From NCBI GenBank assembly GCA_036172245.1, contig JAYWIR010000016.1, positions 1,922,001-1,986,000 of the forward strand: a DNA stretch of 64,000 nt. Reading direction: 5' to 3'. The notes under the pieces were generated by a model. That model had not been told where the DNA came from. It ran no database searches and saw only the letters and a list, made by a program, of their open reading frames with translations. Positions 51,353-64,000 of this stretch are shown piece after piece. This DNA comes from Raillietiella orientalis (taxonomy: Eukaryota). The position numbers and the translations under genes were made by a program. How positions within the stretch are numbered: position 1 is the first letter of the stretch; every line of letters begins with the position of its first letter.

Positions 51353-54300
51353 TAGTAAGCTGGAGCTTTAGCAAGACATTCGGTAGAAACGTTGTGTGTG
51401 TGTGTTTCAGTGTCAAACAGGGTTGCCAGACAAATAAGTCTCATTTTTACAAATATACAGAAAAATTTTCACTGTGAAGTTCGAATTGCTTAGACTAAAT
51501 TACTCAGAAATACTTCTAGGAAATTACAACTTTAAAATTACATTGAGAGAATGACAAAACAGAATTTAAAATCATTCGTATATATAACATGTGAATAGTA
51601 AAAGTAAGTGTAAAATATTTCTTCTTGCTGCTATCATTTCAAAATCATAATGCTTTAAAAGATATATTCATCTGAAACAATTAATGCTTTATATACATAA
51701 AAAATATGATGTACGCAAATAAGTGCTTTATAATAAATATTAATAAGTATCAGTTTGAGAATTTCGCCATTTTCTAATGAAATTCTGATTACTACATAAA
51801 TAGGCTGAAGATCTCCATCCAACAAATGTATACTTTTAATGAAACAGCGTGTTGATTGCATAACACCCGAACATTTGAATATTTTATTGCACATATGAAT
51901 TCATATTTTGCTTCATACGAAAGTTTGGAGAAATGCAAACATGGATGCATTTTTTTATTTTTTCATTATTTACCTTCCAGTTTATTTGAAATAAATGAAT
52001 TAAATTCAAAGTAAGTAAATTGCAATGTAATGAACTTAGAACAAATGGTTTCTGACTATTCTCTGCTTTTCTTTTTGATCAATAAATGCAGACTACATAA
52101 ACCTTAATCTAGTTTAGTAGTTATTCAAATATATGTAAAAAATTAATATCACTTCATTTTAGACCTTCTTTAGAAACTTGAAAGCATCGATATCCATCCA
52201 CAGTAAGTGTGTCATAAAACAGGATTTTAATCAGCTCGCTTATCCGACGATGAGTTTGATGATTTCATTTAATCTGCTTTGCTACATTCTCTGCTACTGT
52301 GCTGCAGATATATTCCAACTTAGTTCTCGTTGTTATTAGGCATCTAATCTGAGTTTTGGGAAGACTGAATCCTTCGTTCTTAACTGCAATTTAATTTTAG
52401 TACATGTATTTTGTATTTTTTATCACTTAAACTATATCTTCAACTACACGGTGAATCGAATTTTTCTGTCAGCTAATGAGAATATAATGTTTATCTTTCC
52501 CTACAGCAGACAAGGATTGTTATTGTGAACCTGTTATCATGTTTTCGGAATCAACAGTCATCATTTGATTGAATTTTTCTACCCGTTTTTTCGATGCAAA
52601 GCAGTGAAATACGAGATCTCCACCACAATACTCATGGTCTATGGAATACTGTTACAAAACAACCGGTTACCAAATTAGAAATACCTCTTCTAGTGGATTG
52701 GAGAGTTTTCGCGAACACCGTATGGTATGAAATGTCTATTCAAGAACAAGAGGCTGTTTCCAGAAGCTAATGTATATACCACAAAAACGAACCTCTCATT
52801 TCTAGCATTCTTAGTGTGTGCCTTTTCAGTCGTTATTAAAATGACTTTTCTTTTTTGCGCCACATGCACATGGACTTCAGGCTTTGTGTTTAAAAGGCCA
52901 ATGCTATTCACAACCGTATGCACCTAACAACAGAATCTCCTATTTGGTTGTTATTAAATTTGCAATTTTTCAAATACTTTATAAGGAATTTTGTAGCTCG
53001 AAGGAATAATGGAACATGATTGATAACAAAATCAGAAAATAAAAGCTAATCAGAGCCCCAAATATGCATTTTATTCATTCTCATCAAAGTTTGAAGATGA
53101 CGGAAAGCAAACCCAATTGATTTTTAGTTCTCCGCTGAGTCTGTAATTAGAGGTACAAATATTCTCTGACTAATCTTGAGAAAAAATTCATATCTTTGCC
53201 AGAAACAAAGACTGGAATTCGTCCCAGCAGGCTAGCAACAATAGTAATCAGTACTGGTAATAATAGTAACTTGTTTAATCGGCGATATCTTACCTATTCA
53301 TTACTAGTAATTGGCATGTAATGAACTAAATCATAATCATCAATTGCTAAAATAGACTCACTATCTTCGAGTTTATAGAAATGAGTTTTTTTCGAATTAG
53401 GAACCAAAGAATGCGTTTAACTAATTAAGAAACCCATCTGTGCTCTTAAAATTAAAAGCAGGAAAATTATCCTAAATCTTGATCTCAGTTTCCAGTAGAT
53501 GCCTGTCTTTCGAAACTAAATCAGAAGTGCTGTGAGCAGAACGTTCGATTTCCATTTCATGGCTTCAGAGATTTTTGACTTCACTGGACTACGATTTGTA
53601 CCCTTAGTTTATTATTCGTACTTACAAAAATTCCGTCATAATGCAAACCGATATTGTACAATAAATAAATAATGTTGCATAAGTGAATGAAATCACTTCT
53701 TCGATCACTTGGATACTGGCGCTTCCGATTCAAGTGAGAAAACGAACTGTGGGCAGGTTGCAAGGGTAAGCAGTTTTAAGTTGCAAGGAATGAACACTGT
53801 TACCAGTCTTCCGGGCACTTCTGCCTCAACGGACTGCTGTCCGCTTAAGAAATGCGCTGTGGACTAAAATTGTAGATACAAACCATAAAGATTTCTTAAG
53901 TTTCTGTTTTTATTCTTACCCGTTCATTTATCTATTAATTTTTGTATTATGTAAACGCCCTCTGGTTTCACCATCCTACCATTAGCTGTTATCTTAGTTC
54001 TCAGTACTGGTGATGGCGACTCGGAAGGAAATTAATAAGAGCGATACAAAAATAAGCGACATTTATAAAACATTAAACAAAGCAGTTGTAGAGCAAAAGC
54101 AAAGAGATTGGAACATTAATTGAGCATAGGTGATCACATACTTCTCGATCGGATTAAACCTTCCGATTATGAAAATTCCCTAATCGCTATTTGTTTTTCT
54201 CCAGCCGATTAAATATACTATCCATATCTGGGTACAAAAATTTCTCATCTCTCTATAGTTGTAATTAATAAGCAATGAAAAGAGTGAATTTACCTTTATT

Positions 54301-54432
54301 CCGTGTGTTCATGATATCGATCACTTTTCCCTCAATCCAAATAAACCAAAAGGATATGAATTGGTGATTTCTATTAATTGAACGTTTACTGCTGTGTCTG
54401 AAATGCATCTTACTGGGATTTCTATACTTTCT

Positions 54433-54437
<5 letters not shown>

Positions 54438-54462
<25 letters not shown>
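54438..54462 (+). repeat. (CT)n microsatellite
   Basis: ctctctctctctctctctctctct. Confidence 0.9.
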
Positions 54463-54463
<1 letters not shown>

Positions 54464-54509
54464 TGTACAAGCTTGCTTATATCAGCGAAAATTTATGAAT
54501 CAACATTTG

Positions 54510-54830
54510 TCGATAAACATGATCAATTTTGACGCCATATTGGAGTTGGTTGAAGAGATTTTCGCCTATTAGGCTACTCCTGCTAATATATTTTACAATG
54601 GTCAGTTTGCATCCATAGTCAGTTCCAGCCGGATATAAAAGGATGAACCTTGAAAAGTTTCATAAATTTCAGTTGGCAGAAGAGGACTGATTCAGTCCCA
54701 AGTGGTTCGTCAACTTGCAAATCAATCAACTCGAGCTGAAAATGTTGGTTGGGCCGAAGGTGGAGTAGAAAGTGACTGCAATTACATCTTGATTCTTTGA
54801 AGAGCTTTTCGTCCATTCTCCTCGAAGTTT
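54510..54830 (-). mobile_element. Possible hAT (Buster/GTF2IRD2-type) transposase C-terminal remnant
   Basis: FQLELIDLQVD followed downstream by GENLFN (cf. CEQLFS in the dimerisation domain). Confidence 0.4.
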
Positions 54831-55349
54831 CTGACGTTCCATTCCACATTCCCCACGGGTGTTTGAAGGGCCTTGGAGAGAATACTGCAAGTTCAGCAGT
54901 TCTTTTCTCCGAGATCTTTGCATGCGTCACTGAGCTGAATAGAAGGGATGGCTTGGCTGCCTATCCCGACGTGTTCGCCCCATCTTCTCTTGACAGCACC
55001 TCCTTTTGCAAGAGTTGGTGAGAGTTCTTGGTTGGACTGAAGACCAGCTCGGCCTCGTGTCAGTCTATCGGGAATCTAGGAACTAATGCGTAACCCCACT
55101 TCTGACATTGACAAGTAGGTCATGCTGGGTTGCTTATGATAGGTAGGAGTCCTCTCCTGGAACTCCAACAGCCTACGCAAAATAGGTCGATGGCTACGTT
55201 GAAGAGCAGGAAGCTCATTGATAATCCCTGCTTCAATTCCTTCCGTATTGGTATGTTTTTGTGGAGTAGGAGCCGGATTGAATTGTGGTGGTGGTATCTA
55301 TGTGGAGCACCTGGATTATCTATCCAAACCGCTTGTTCTTAGCTTTGTT

Positions 55350-55970
55350 TGTTTTCCTGATCCAGTTAAATGAGAACGCCAAGTCGCTATCGAAACCATG
55401 GGCTGCTCACCTAGGTCGTGTGGTCCTTGATCAGCACTGAGCAGTCATGCTCTGTCCCTGGGTGGCGCATGGAGACCAACCCGCGTCCACTGCTCAGAGC
55501 TTGCTTGCATTGCAGAGGAAGGCCCTCGGGACGGGCAAACTGTCGGCCTGGGAGAAACGGATCTCCAACAGGTGCAAACGACGGATGTCGCTTAATGCTG
55601 GAAACATCCAATCCGCGCGAAGAGTTCGACTGCGTAAACCGAGGGGCCTCTCCTAGAACGCTTAGGTTTTCTCGCACCCTGCTAATGTAGATGAGATATC
55701 GCTCTGGGGCGCAACGCACTAACGAAGTTTTTTTTTTCGGCGATCGCGGCGGACACGTATGCAGGGGTGAAAGAGCCCCCGGCAAAAAGACAACCCGAGT
55801 CTCCTGTTGTTATGCGTCGACTTTGAGATGTGCTGAACGCTCATAGGGAAGCCCTGATTGTAGTTGAACTCCCGTTCCTGAATTTTCGCTTTGGGGATCC
55901 GCGCCTACCACCTTCTCCTGCTGCCTATGCCCTCCGCGATGAGGTTTTTCGAAACACCCCTCGAGTCGAT
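55350..55970 (+). mobile_element. Degenerate Tx1-like RT fragment related to the cluster families
   Basis: KSLSKPWAAHLGRV / ISTEQSCSVPGWRMETN / FDCVNR / LERLGF / RQKDNPSLLL / LLLLPM, collinear with ORF 39301..41757. Confidence 0.75.
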
Positions 55971-58900
55971 CCGCTCAGAGTAGGTACGCGTATCACGAGC
56001 TTCGTTAGGACATCCGAATTCGACCTTTCCACCTTCCTCCTGTTGTCTTCCTGGTCTATGCCTCTGCATGATTTGCGGACTCCCTGCAGAAGGAATCCCT
56101 GCCTCCTGGGAGGGTCAAGGGGGATGCGACCCTTCGGGGGAGGGAGAGCTCCCGTAGAGAGTACTCTCAAGTGCCCTGCAGTGTCCGTAGGCGGATTTTG
56201 AGCTACAGAAGCGGCAGACTGCTTCGTCGTTTCAGGCAGAGAAAGCTCTAGATCCTTTCGTGGATAGCAGGACCTCTTTTTCAAGAAGGCTGCAGAGCGA
56301 ATGATGACTCGCCTCTGGATCTGCTCCTATCTCCTGGAAGATGGTCTGCTACGAAGAGTCCAGTTGGTCTTTAGGAGCTCAAAGGTTCGAGTTAAAGGTT
56401 TGTAGCTCGGGGTCGGGATGGTGAAGGTGAAATCCAGTCTTTGGAGCGATTGAAAAATCGGGTGCGGTCCCACAGGCTTTGTCCTGACGAAATAGTGGTG
56501 GAACAAACACTGGCTGATTGAGTCAACATCCTCAGACGGCGGGCTGAGGCACCGGAGTCCCTACTTTTACTCAATCGCCGCAAGGCGAGACTCTTCTGCT
56601 TTCCTCTACGGCGGAGATGGAATGACCGGATAGCTGGAGGAGTATCGTTCGTTCTGCTACCGTCCAATGACCTCAGCTCAGGTTGCAGGAATTCACAGGA
56701 CACCTGGAGTCGACTTGAGATCACACTGGTGGAGTTTGACCATTAGCCTCCTGGGGAGAATTTCTCTCTTAGTGGTGATGTAGGACCCGAGAAACTGGGC
56801 CAGCACATCCGACATGCTTAAGCCGGAGCGGTCATCAGCTCCTCAGGAAGTCTTCTTCGAGTAACTGACGAATCTCTTCAGCGAAATTTCAGAAGGCCAG
56901 CTAGCCGATGCAACCAAGTGTGGGAGACTCTGGTCATAGTAAGCTGGACGGATCTTTGTAGACTCTCTGGTTCCCAATTCTCCTTATATAGCTTCCTCTG
57001 GCCGCCTAGTCCTTCAGTACGCTGAGACTGCATTTGCACTGAAAGTTACCAAGTCAATCAGAGTCGTCATCAGTGGATCCGCGAGAGTTCCGAAATGCGT
57101 AGGGTGCGATTGACATCGAAACGCACGTCTTGCTAGAGTGTGATACCCTTCTGCTAGGATGGAGGAGACCAGCTGCTGCTCTCTAACATTCTACCAAGAC
57201 CTCACTGAACCTCGTTTTTTCGCTGCTTTCCTTCCATCTTTCTTTCTTTCTTTCTTTTGTTTTCGGGTTTTCTCTTTTTTGCTTTGCCAAGTGCTGAAGA
57301 ATCGTTCGCCTCCTTAGGGGGGGATCAAGAAGCTCTTCAGCACTGCCCACCCACCCGAGAGTGCATGTGACTCTTCAAGTAAAAGGGTATCCCGGGAGGG
57401 GGTGTCCCAATGAATCCAGGAAGGTTCCAGAGGCAGAAGGCCGTACCTCTTGCTCTTTGTAAGAAACTCCAAAGGGTACCTCGCCTTGGTAGTCCCCGAA
57501 GGGAACCCCGGAGGGAATCCCTTCCTATTCTCTCCCGAAGGGTTGTTTGTTTCTATTTGTTTGTTTCTATTAAGGAGGATACGGGAGAATATCGTCACTG
57601 AGATGGAACATCTCGGGAGTAGAAGGCGCCTCTCATTCTTGAATATCCATGACAAGCACGCACGCTATTTAAATTTATTTATCGTCTCCCCTTTTTGCAA
57701 CCAGTCCTCCCCGTGAGTGAAACGAAACGCGGTCGTTTCCTCGACCACATCTGTTTTAGGGGAAAGGCAGTTTCTTTCCTTATTTATGGTTATTGTTTCC
57801 GCTTTTAGTAAGTGTCCCGAGGTAACCAGGTAAGAAACCCTAAACAGAGACCCACTAATATTTACACCTATATTTTTTTTATACGGCCGGTTAAATTTTA
57901 GTAATATTAGTTCCTCTCTCTTGAATAGACCTTTTGCTGTGGATGGACCTCGAACCGGCACGAACTGAAGTCCTCAAAAATGGCAGCTTCTTTGCCCACT
58001 CTGCTCAAACAACCAACAAAATAGCTGCATTTAAGCATCGGTTGTCTGGTGCCAAGGAGACAGAACTAGACTTTCGCTCTTTTCGAATTCGTTTCCATCG
58101 CGTTCCTCCTTTGAGAAACACTTCTGTGAGACCAAACCTGCATTTTCGGACAGTGTAGGCGCCTTGTCCATGCTTAAGCTCTTCGCAGCCTCTGCAGAGC
58201 ATCCTGTTCGAAACACTTCTTCAGCGTGTGGTCCACGGTGCTGGCCAAGAGTTCACCCGTCGCGTAGCTCTCTTTCATGCACGGTGCTGTGATCTGCAAG
58301 CCGCGGTTCTGCCACGAGGTGCAGCTGCCGTCCCAAAACGGGTTTCGAACCGCACACGTTCGTTATTTCGAGTTCTACTATTCAGATTGCTGAACTCCTT
58401 GTGTTTTGTGGTAAAATGACCCTTCACGGTAGCTTTTTTTCATAGCAGATTCCTATCAAATAAAGCATACAGTTTTCTCATTTATTTATTTCCAAAAAAA
58501 ATTCGTGTGGGCAGGCAGGATTGCACTGCGGCATTCACCACAAGAATTACTTTTCTTCATGTTGCTAGCATCTGACATTTTAGGAGGAATGCTTTCACAG
58601 ATTTGCAATATTCCATACATTTATATATTAGAATGCCCCCACTTAGATCTCCAAAATCTTCAGAATTTAAATATACAGAAATATATATCCAGATCAAGAT
58701 TAATATAAATACATTATATATATTGAATTCATTTAAATATATATTGGAAACTAGTAAACGAAAAAAAGCTCATTAAACAAAGTACACGAATTTCGAGATA
58801 CTTGTTATACATACCTTTAAGCTCGCCGAAAACTAGCACCCTGTGCAATGGTAGATCCCTTTGTGCAACAAGTGGCTGCATAAGAAAACTTATCCACGAT

Positions 58901-60460
58901 GGACTTTCCTTGTTGAAATCAAACACAATTCTGCTTTAGTCCTGACAATACTGTCAAAGAAGCAATCTCTATTATGATATGACTCTCTTTCAATGAGTTT
59001 TCTCCGAATCATGGCAACAGTTAAGCATGAAAGGAAACAGAAAAGGAATTGAAAATAAAAGCTATAAGAGATTTCTCGTAGGATATTTGGGACCATCCGA
59101 GTATCCGTTTACTGGTATCCGTTCCTTGATCCTCAAGTTGTATGCTCCGTCTTACATGTAACTAACCACCATGTTTGTCAATTAATTCTTTCAGATGATC
59201 TTTCAAAAATCACTCTTAAACTGTAGCAATCGATGCATCAACTCGAAGAAAGAATGCAACTGGCCAATTTCTAATGCCTATGTAATTTCTGAAACAAATA
59301 GGATCTCTGTTAAGTCCTTTATTTGAACTTATAAACTACATTCCATCGTTTCGTTACATTTTTCGGTGATTTTTTGTATTTTGGTGCAAATGGCTATTTT
59401 GTGACAACTGATTCCTTTGCTGATTTCTATGGCCATTTAATGGTTTTCGAATCATTTCGGTTACTTTGTAAGTATAAGCGTTTTCAAGATTAAAAAAACT
59501 ATCATCAAAAGCTTTACTAGGTTAATGACACTTTTTAGATTCCTTGTAAACTAAATACATTGCTGAATTTTGCATTTTAGGATTCCATGTTTATAAAGTT
59601 ATCTAGAATATCTTCGTACTTGCTTAATATTTTGAGCTTTTGTTTGTTTCTATTAAAAGTTCTGCTTTTGAACTAACTTCTGCTTTATCTATGTTCCGGA
59701 TTCTGGAATTGAAATTAGCTCCTTTCCACTCCAAAAATAAAAAGAAAAATCTTAGAATAAAACTCGTCACCATTGTGGATAAAAATTCTTTTTTCCCCCT
59801 CTGATATCAGTCAATTACACGGAATACTTTATCATTCTCTCCCCTAACTGGTATGCTTAAGTTCAAATGAATGCTCTATGATCACACAGTATCATTTTTG
59901 TCGGTGTATTACTGAGATTTATCTAAGATCTCTTGCATAATATCTCTCCTCTGATTTTACAGAGTACCTCTATGAGAGTTTGGATTATTTTCCTTCTTAA
60001 TCCATTCTTTTGGATCATGAGAAACATGGCTTCTGTTCCTGCTTCTCAATGATTGCTTTTGAAATCCTTATTTGTTTCTGAAGCACAATCTTTTTTTCCA
60101 GTTTGCACATTTTCTTTCATAATTCTTTCTTAATGCTGAAGACCTTGTTTTTTAAATTATACATCCCGTTGAAGCAATTTTCAATCGACACCGGCAAACA
60201 TTTTGAAAACTCAAGAATTCTAAAAATTTTCCATGATTTTTTTTTTTTACGTGTTGTAAATATTTATTCAGTGAAATAACTTGGAAGGCGTGCTGAATCG
60301 AGCACGTTTTTGAATGATAGCGTAGCCAAGTAAGTAAATGTACACTTTCATGAAGTTACCTAATAGCCTTCGGATTGCCTTCTGAGTGTTCATTCTTTTA
60401 CCTTTTTAACTCTTGCAAGGATGTGGTATCGTATTGGTACATAAATGTTGTTTTTTCCTT

Positions 60461-63400
60461 ATGGAAGAAGAAATTGGTTACGGACTCCATAAAGAAGGAA
60501 TTCATGGCACACTGCCTCATGAAGATATAGAGTAATAACTTATTTATGTACTCACAGTGTATATCAGTCCAGATTATATATCATAGTTTAATGCAGTGTA
60601 TCAGTTGGCAATTGTTTAATGCAATGTATGGCTGGCATTGTGTTGTCAATAGCTTGTTGTACCAGTAAATTTTGCAAATATGCTGTATACCTCATTGATA
60701 TTGCAATTCAGGTTCGAAGTACATTCCTAAAACATTAGCAACCCTAGAATGTAGCTATACTGCTTTTGATAGGGATGATCTACTAAATGAGTGTGCATAA
60801 TGTAACTGGCATTGCCTGATACACATGTTAGTAGCAGCAAAAATATATCCAAGATTTGTTTGAATTTTTCAGTACTGTCTCAGTATGATGTAATGTTATG
60901 CTTAATTTGGTAATTTACAAAATTCTTCCCGTGGTAGTTCATTGAAGTGATCAACTCTGAATGGGGAAATTTCATTTCAAAGTAGTTAGTACTTAATATT
61001 CTAACTCTATCTCATGAATATGTTCAATGAAGTAATGTTTTCTAGCAGTATGTGTTGACTTTATTGGTACTGTTTTTTGCATTGTGGATTAGAAACTAAG
61101 TTTTTCATTGTATGTAGATCTTATCTACAAGGCAAAGATGTAATATTTGATGCAGAACACCAGAATCCTAATGAGGATGCTCCTTTATTGAACAGTTATT
61201 TCCAGAACATAAAGCTTGTTGATCATTTGGCAATTCATGAAGATGGAGAGGGAAAAGAAGAGTCGAACAGTGACAAAGATACAGAAGAATATAATCCATT
61301 TGGACAAATGGCTAGTAAAATGCTTGACTTGACTGGTGATGGAGGTGTTTTAAAAAAAGTATATTGTTATTTAAATATCATTTTAGTTGGTTTGCATCTG
61401 TGTTTTTCATTTTAGATTATCAAGGAAGGCACAGGAGATTATCCTATTGAAGGTGCATTGGTACGCTTCCATTATGATGCTTTTGTAGAATTTGCGGATG
61501 AACCATTTGATTCTTCATATTTGAGAGGGAAAAGCTATAGAGTGCGTCTTGGTTATGAAGGTCTATTATTAGGAATGGACGTTGCTTTAAGACAGATGAA
61601 AAAATTTGAAAAAGCTGAATTCCTTTTTAAGCCTAAATATGCTTTTGGAAAACAAGGATGCCCCCCACGTATCCCTCCAGGCAAGTTATCACAGCTGAAC
61701 AAGCTGTAAGTTGTACATTAATTTGAATATACAGCAGCAACTTTGTGGTATCGAATTGAGATTTTGGATATTAATAATAGTTCAAGTCTTGCAAACCTTG
61801 AGAGACTGACACCTGAAGAGCGTAAAGAATTGACCCTGCAGACTTTCATAGAAGTTGCTCATAATGAGCAGCTTCAAGGCAATGATTACTACCAAAATGG
61901 ACTTTATGGCAGTGCTATACTGAGATATCAGCATGGTATACAGGTACTAGAGGAAGCTCATGTTATTAATGAAGAAGAGGAAAAAGAGCAACAATCTATG
62001 TTTCTCAAGCTGTATTTAAATATTGCCCAATGTAATTTAAAACTAGGTGAAGGAGGTCGTGCTATCACAGCCTGTAACAAGGCACTTGCTATTGATCCTA
62101 AGAATGTGAAAGCAAAATTCCGTTATGCTGTTGCTTTGATTGCTCTTAATAGTGACTTGAATAAAGCCAAAAGATTGCTCAAAGAAGTGCAAAAACAGAT
62201 GCCTAACAGTTCTGAAGTTACTGCTGCCATGGAGCGTTTAGAGGACAAGGCAAAACAAAATCACTTCCTTGAATCGGATTTGTGTAAAAAAATGTTCCGC
62301 AAAAAATCAGATGGAAAAAGCCATCAGGCAAATCTTCCTGTGAGTTTATTAGAATATAAGGGATTCTGCTTGGGATATTGCTACTACTTGCCAGTTTTAA
62401 AGTTCATGGAGAAGGTTTACTTCACCATGGACTTCAGATTTCATATTTTAGGAGGAAAAACATGTCTCATTTTGAGTTTGAGTCTTCTGAACCAAGTGAT
62501 AGGTTGTGTTCAGAGACAAAATATATTGATGACTTTAAATTTAAAAAATTGATAGAAAACTGTTAGGTAAGAATACAGTGGTACCAGTGTCATGTGAATG
62601 GTATCCTGCATGGTGTGCCAGCAGGGCTGGAAAAAGTAATGCATGGGAGAGAACTTTGAAATCTTTAGAAGTGTATGTCATTGTGTACCTTTGTATATAG
62701 CCATACAGGTGCTAAACATAAAAAATGAAAATTAGGTCTTGTGAATAAATTTGCAACCCAGTATTGCATGAGTAGTTTGTGCATCGGTTGTTTTTGGACT
62801 TGTTGCTAACACTTGCAAATAGCAGAAGGAGCATATGAGATGTGATCGACATGTTTAGGAGATAAGCAGCAATGAAAATGTAGGATTCACATTTCCAACC
62901 CAGTCATTTCTGTAAAGGCCTACTTGATTCGTTGTGATCATTTTTCTTGTAATTTCCTGAATGTTATTGCTGTTGGGAAAAAGAAGCTGATGCATCTTTA
63001 TTTGTAATTCTTACACACTTGAGATTTCCTTATGGCAGTAATCAGTTTCAACAAGCACATGAGTGAAAATCAATCTTTTACGAACTGGCCAACATGGTTA
63101 ACATGTTCTACAGTTGCATCATATTAACGGATTTCGTTGAAAAAATCGTATTTAAATGAGATTTGCTGTTTTGTACCAGAATGCAACTACCAGCCTTCTG
63201 TTTCCATAAAGGAAGTTAGGCAAGTGCATTACTAGTCACAGGTGAATTTGCGATTTCTGATTTGAATCGATAATTTGTGAAGGATTGTTAGGATACTAAT
63301 AAAACAGCTTGGAAATTTTGTATGGAGCTTTTGAAATTCGTCAATTTGAACGTTAATTCAAGTTGAAATTAGGCACTGATGGGCATTCCCCCGATAAATT

Positions 63401-63818
63401 GCTAAGCACTCAAAAGACAAACTTGATTATGTGGAAAATAGCAAGAGTTAAAATCAAAATTTTTTGACGATACCACTTTATTTCATTAATTAATAATGCA
63501 GATGATGAGTTATGAATTAATAAAATAAAATGTAATGCGCAGTAATTCGATGTTTCTGATTTCTTGAGTAGAATCTGTGCTGTTTATGCTGCCTTTCAGA
63601 AGGAACCACAGAAACCTGATGTATCAAAGGAATTTAAAAAATTGGTCCATAGGAAATTAGATGATTTCGTTCTCTCGGCTGCCATGCAGCTTGATTTTCC
63701 AATGAATCTCACCAAAGAAGAAACGGCATATTTGTCCACCCAAACCCGTAATAGAGGGCTGACGATTGCCAGCGGTGAAGAAGGTTCCTTTTCCCTTGTA
63801 ATACTGAAAACAGACTAG
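60461..63818 (+). CDS. FKBP6: FKBP6 / shutdown-like FKBP PPIase + TPR protein; exons 60461-60531 (tentative), 61118-61358, 61416-61680, 61735-62339, 63600-63818
   Basis: DLTGDGGVLKK|IIKEGTG, HYDAFVEFADEPFDSSYLR, MKKFEKAEFLFKPKYAFGKQGCPPRIPP, TPR repeats (GNDYY, LYLNIAQC, DPKNVKAKFR); phase-consistent splice sites. First coding exon inferred from phase only. Confidence 0.9.
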
Positions 63819-64000
63819 ATAAATAGAGGTTAATGTTTTTTGGTTTTTTGTTTTGTTTTTACATCAATACTTGAAGATAACTTAGCATGAAATTCATGTT
63901 TGTGTGGCCTTGGTTCGATAATTTATCTGGTTCTGTTCCCTCCTGCAGCACAGCCCCTTGTAAAGTGGCACGACCGATTTCATTGTATCTTATTTTGTTT

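Overview
Eukaryotic (invertebrate, arthropod-like) genomic DNA in two compartments. Bases 1 to ~43,850 are GC-rich and largely made of L1/Tx1-clade (APE-type) non-LTR retrotransposon copies and debris in both orientations. This includes a full-length element (31621-41984, perfect 14-bp TSD) interrupted in its endonuclease by an oppositely oriented relative (33934-38478). The same compartment holds a trypsin-like serine protease gene whose His/Asp exons are on the minus strand (1040-5259) while the GDSGGP exon is on the plus strand (16207-16464), with a 393-bp inverted repeat pair (1-393 / 14449-14841) bracketing the 5' exons. From ~44 kb the sequence is AT-rich and holds two divergently oriented intron-containing genes, eIF3h (minus) and an FKBP6/shutdown-like PPIase-TPR gene (plus), separated by TE remnants. 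Most notable observations: (i) two divergent Tx1 ORF1s both carry an in-frame TGA at the same zinc-knuckle cysteine, a candidate recoding site; (ii) these LINEs end in a conserved AATAAA plus stem-loop rather than a poly(A) tail; (iii) the protease gene is split across strands by the inverted-repeat structure. All calls are by-eye readings, with no database searches run.
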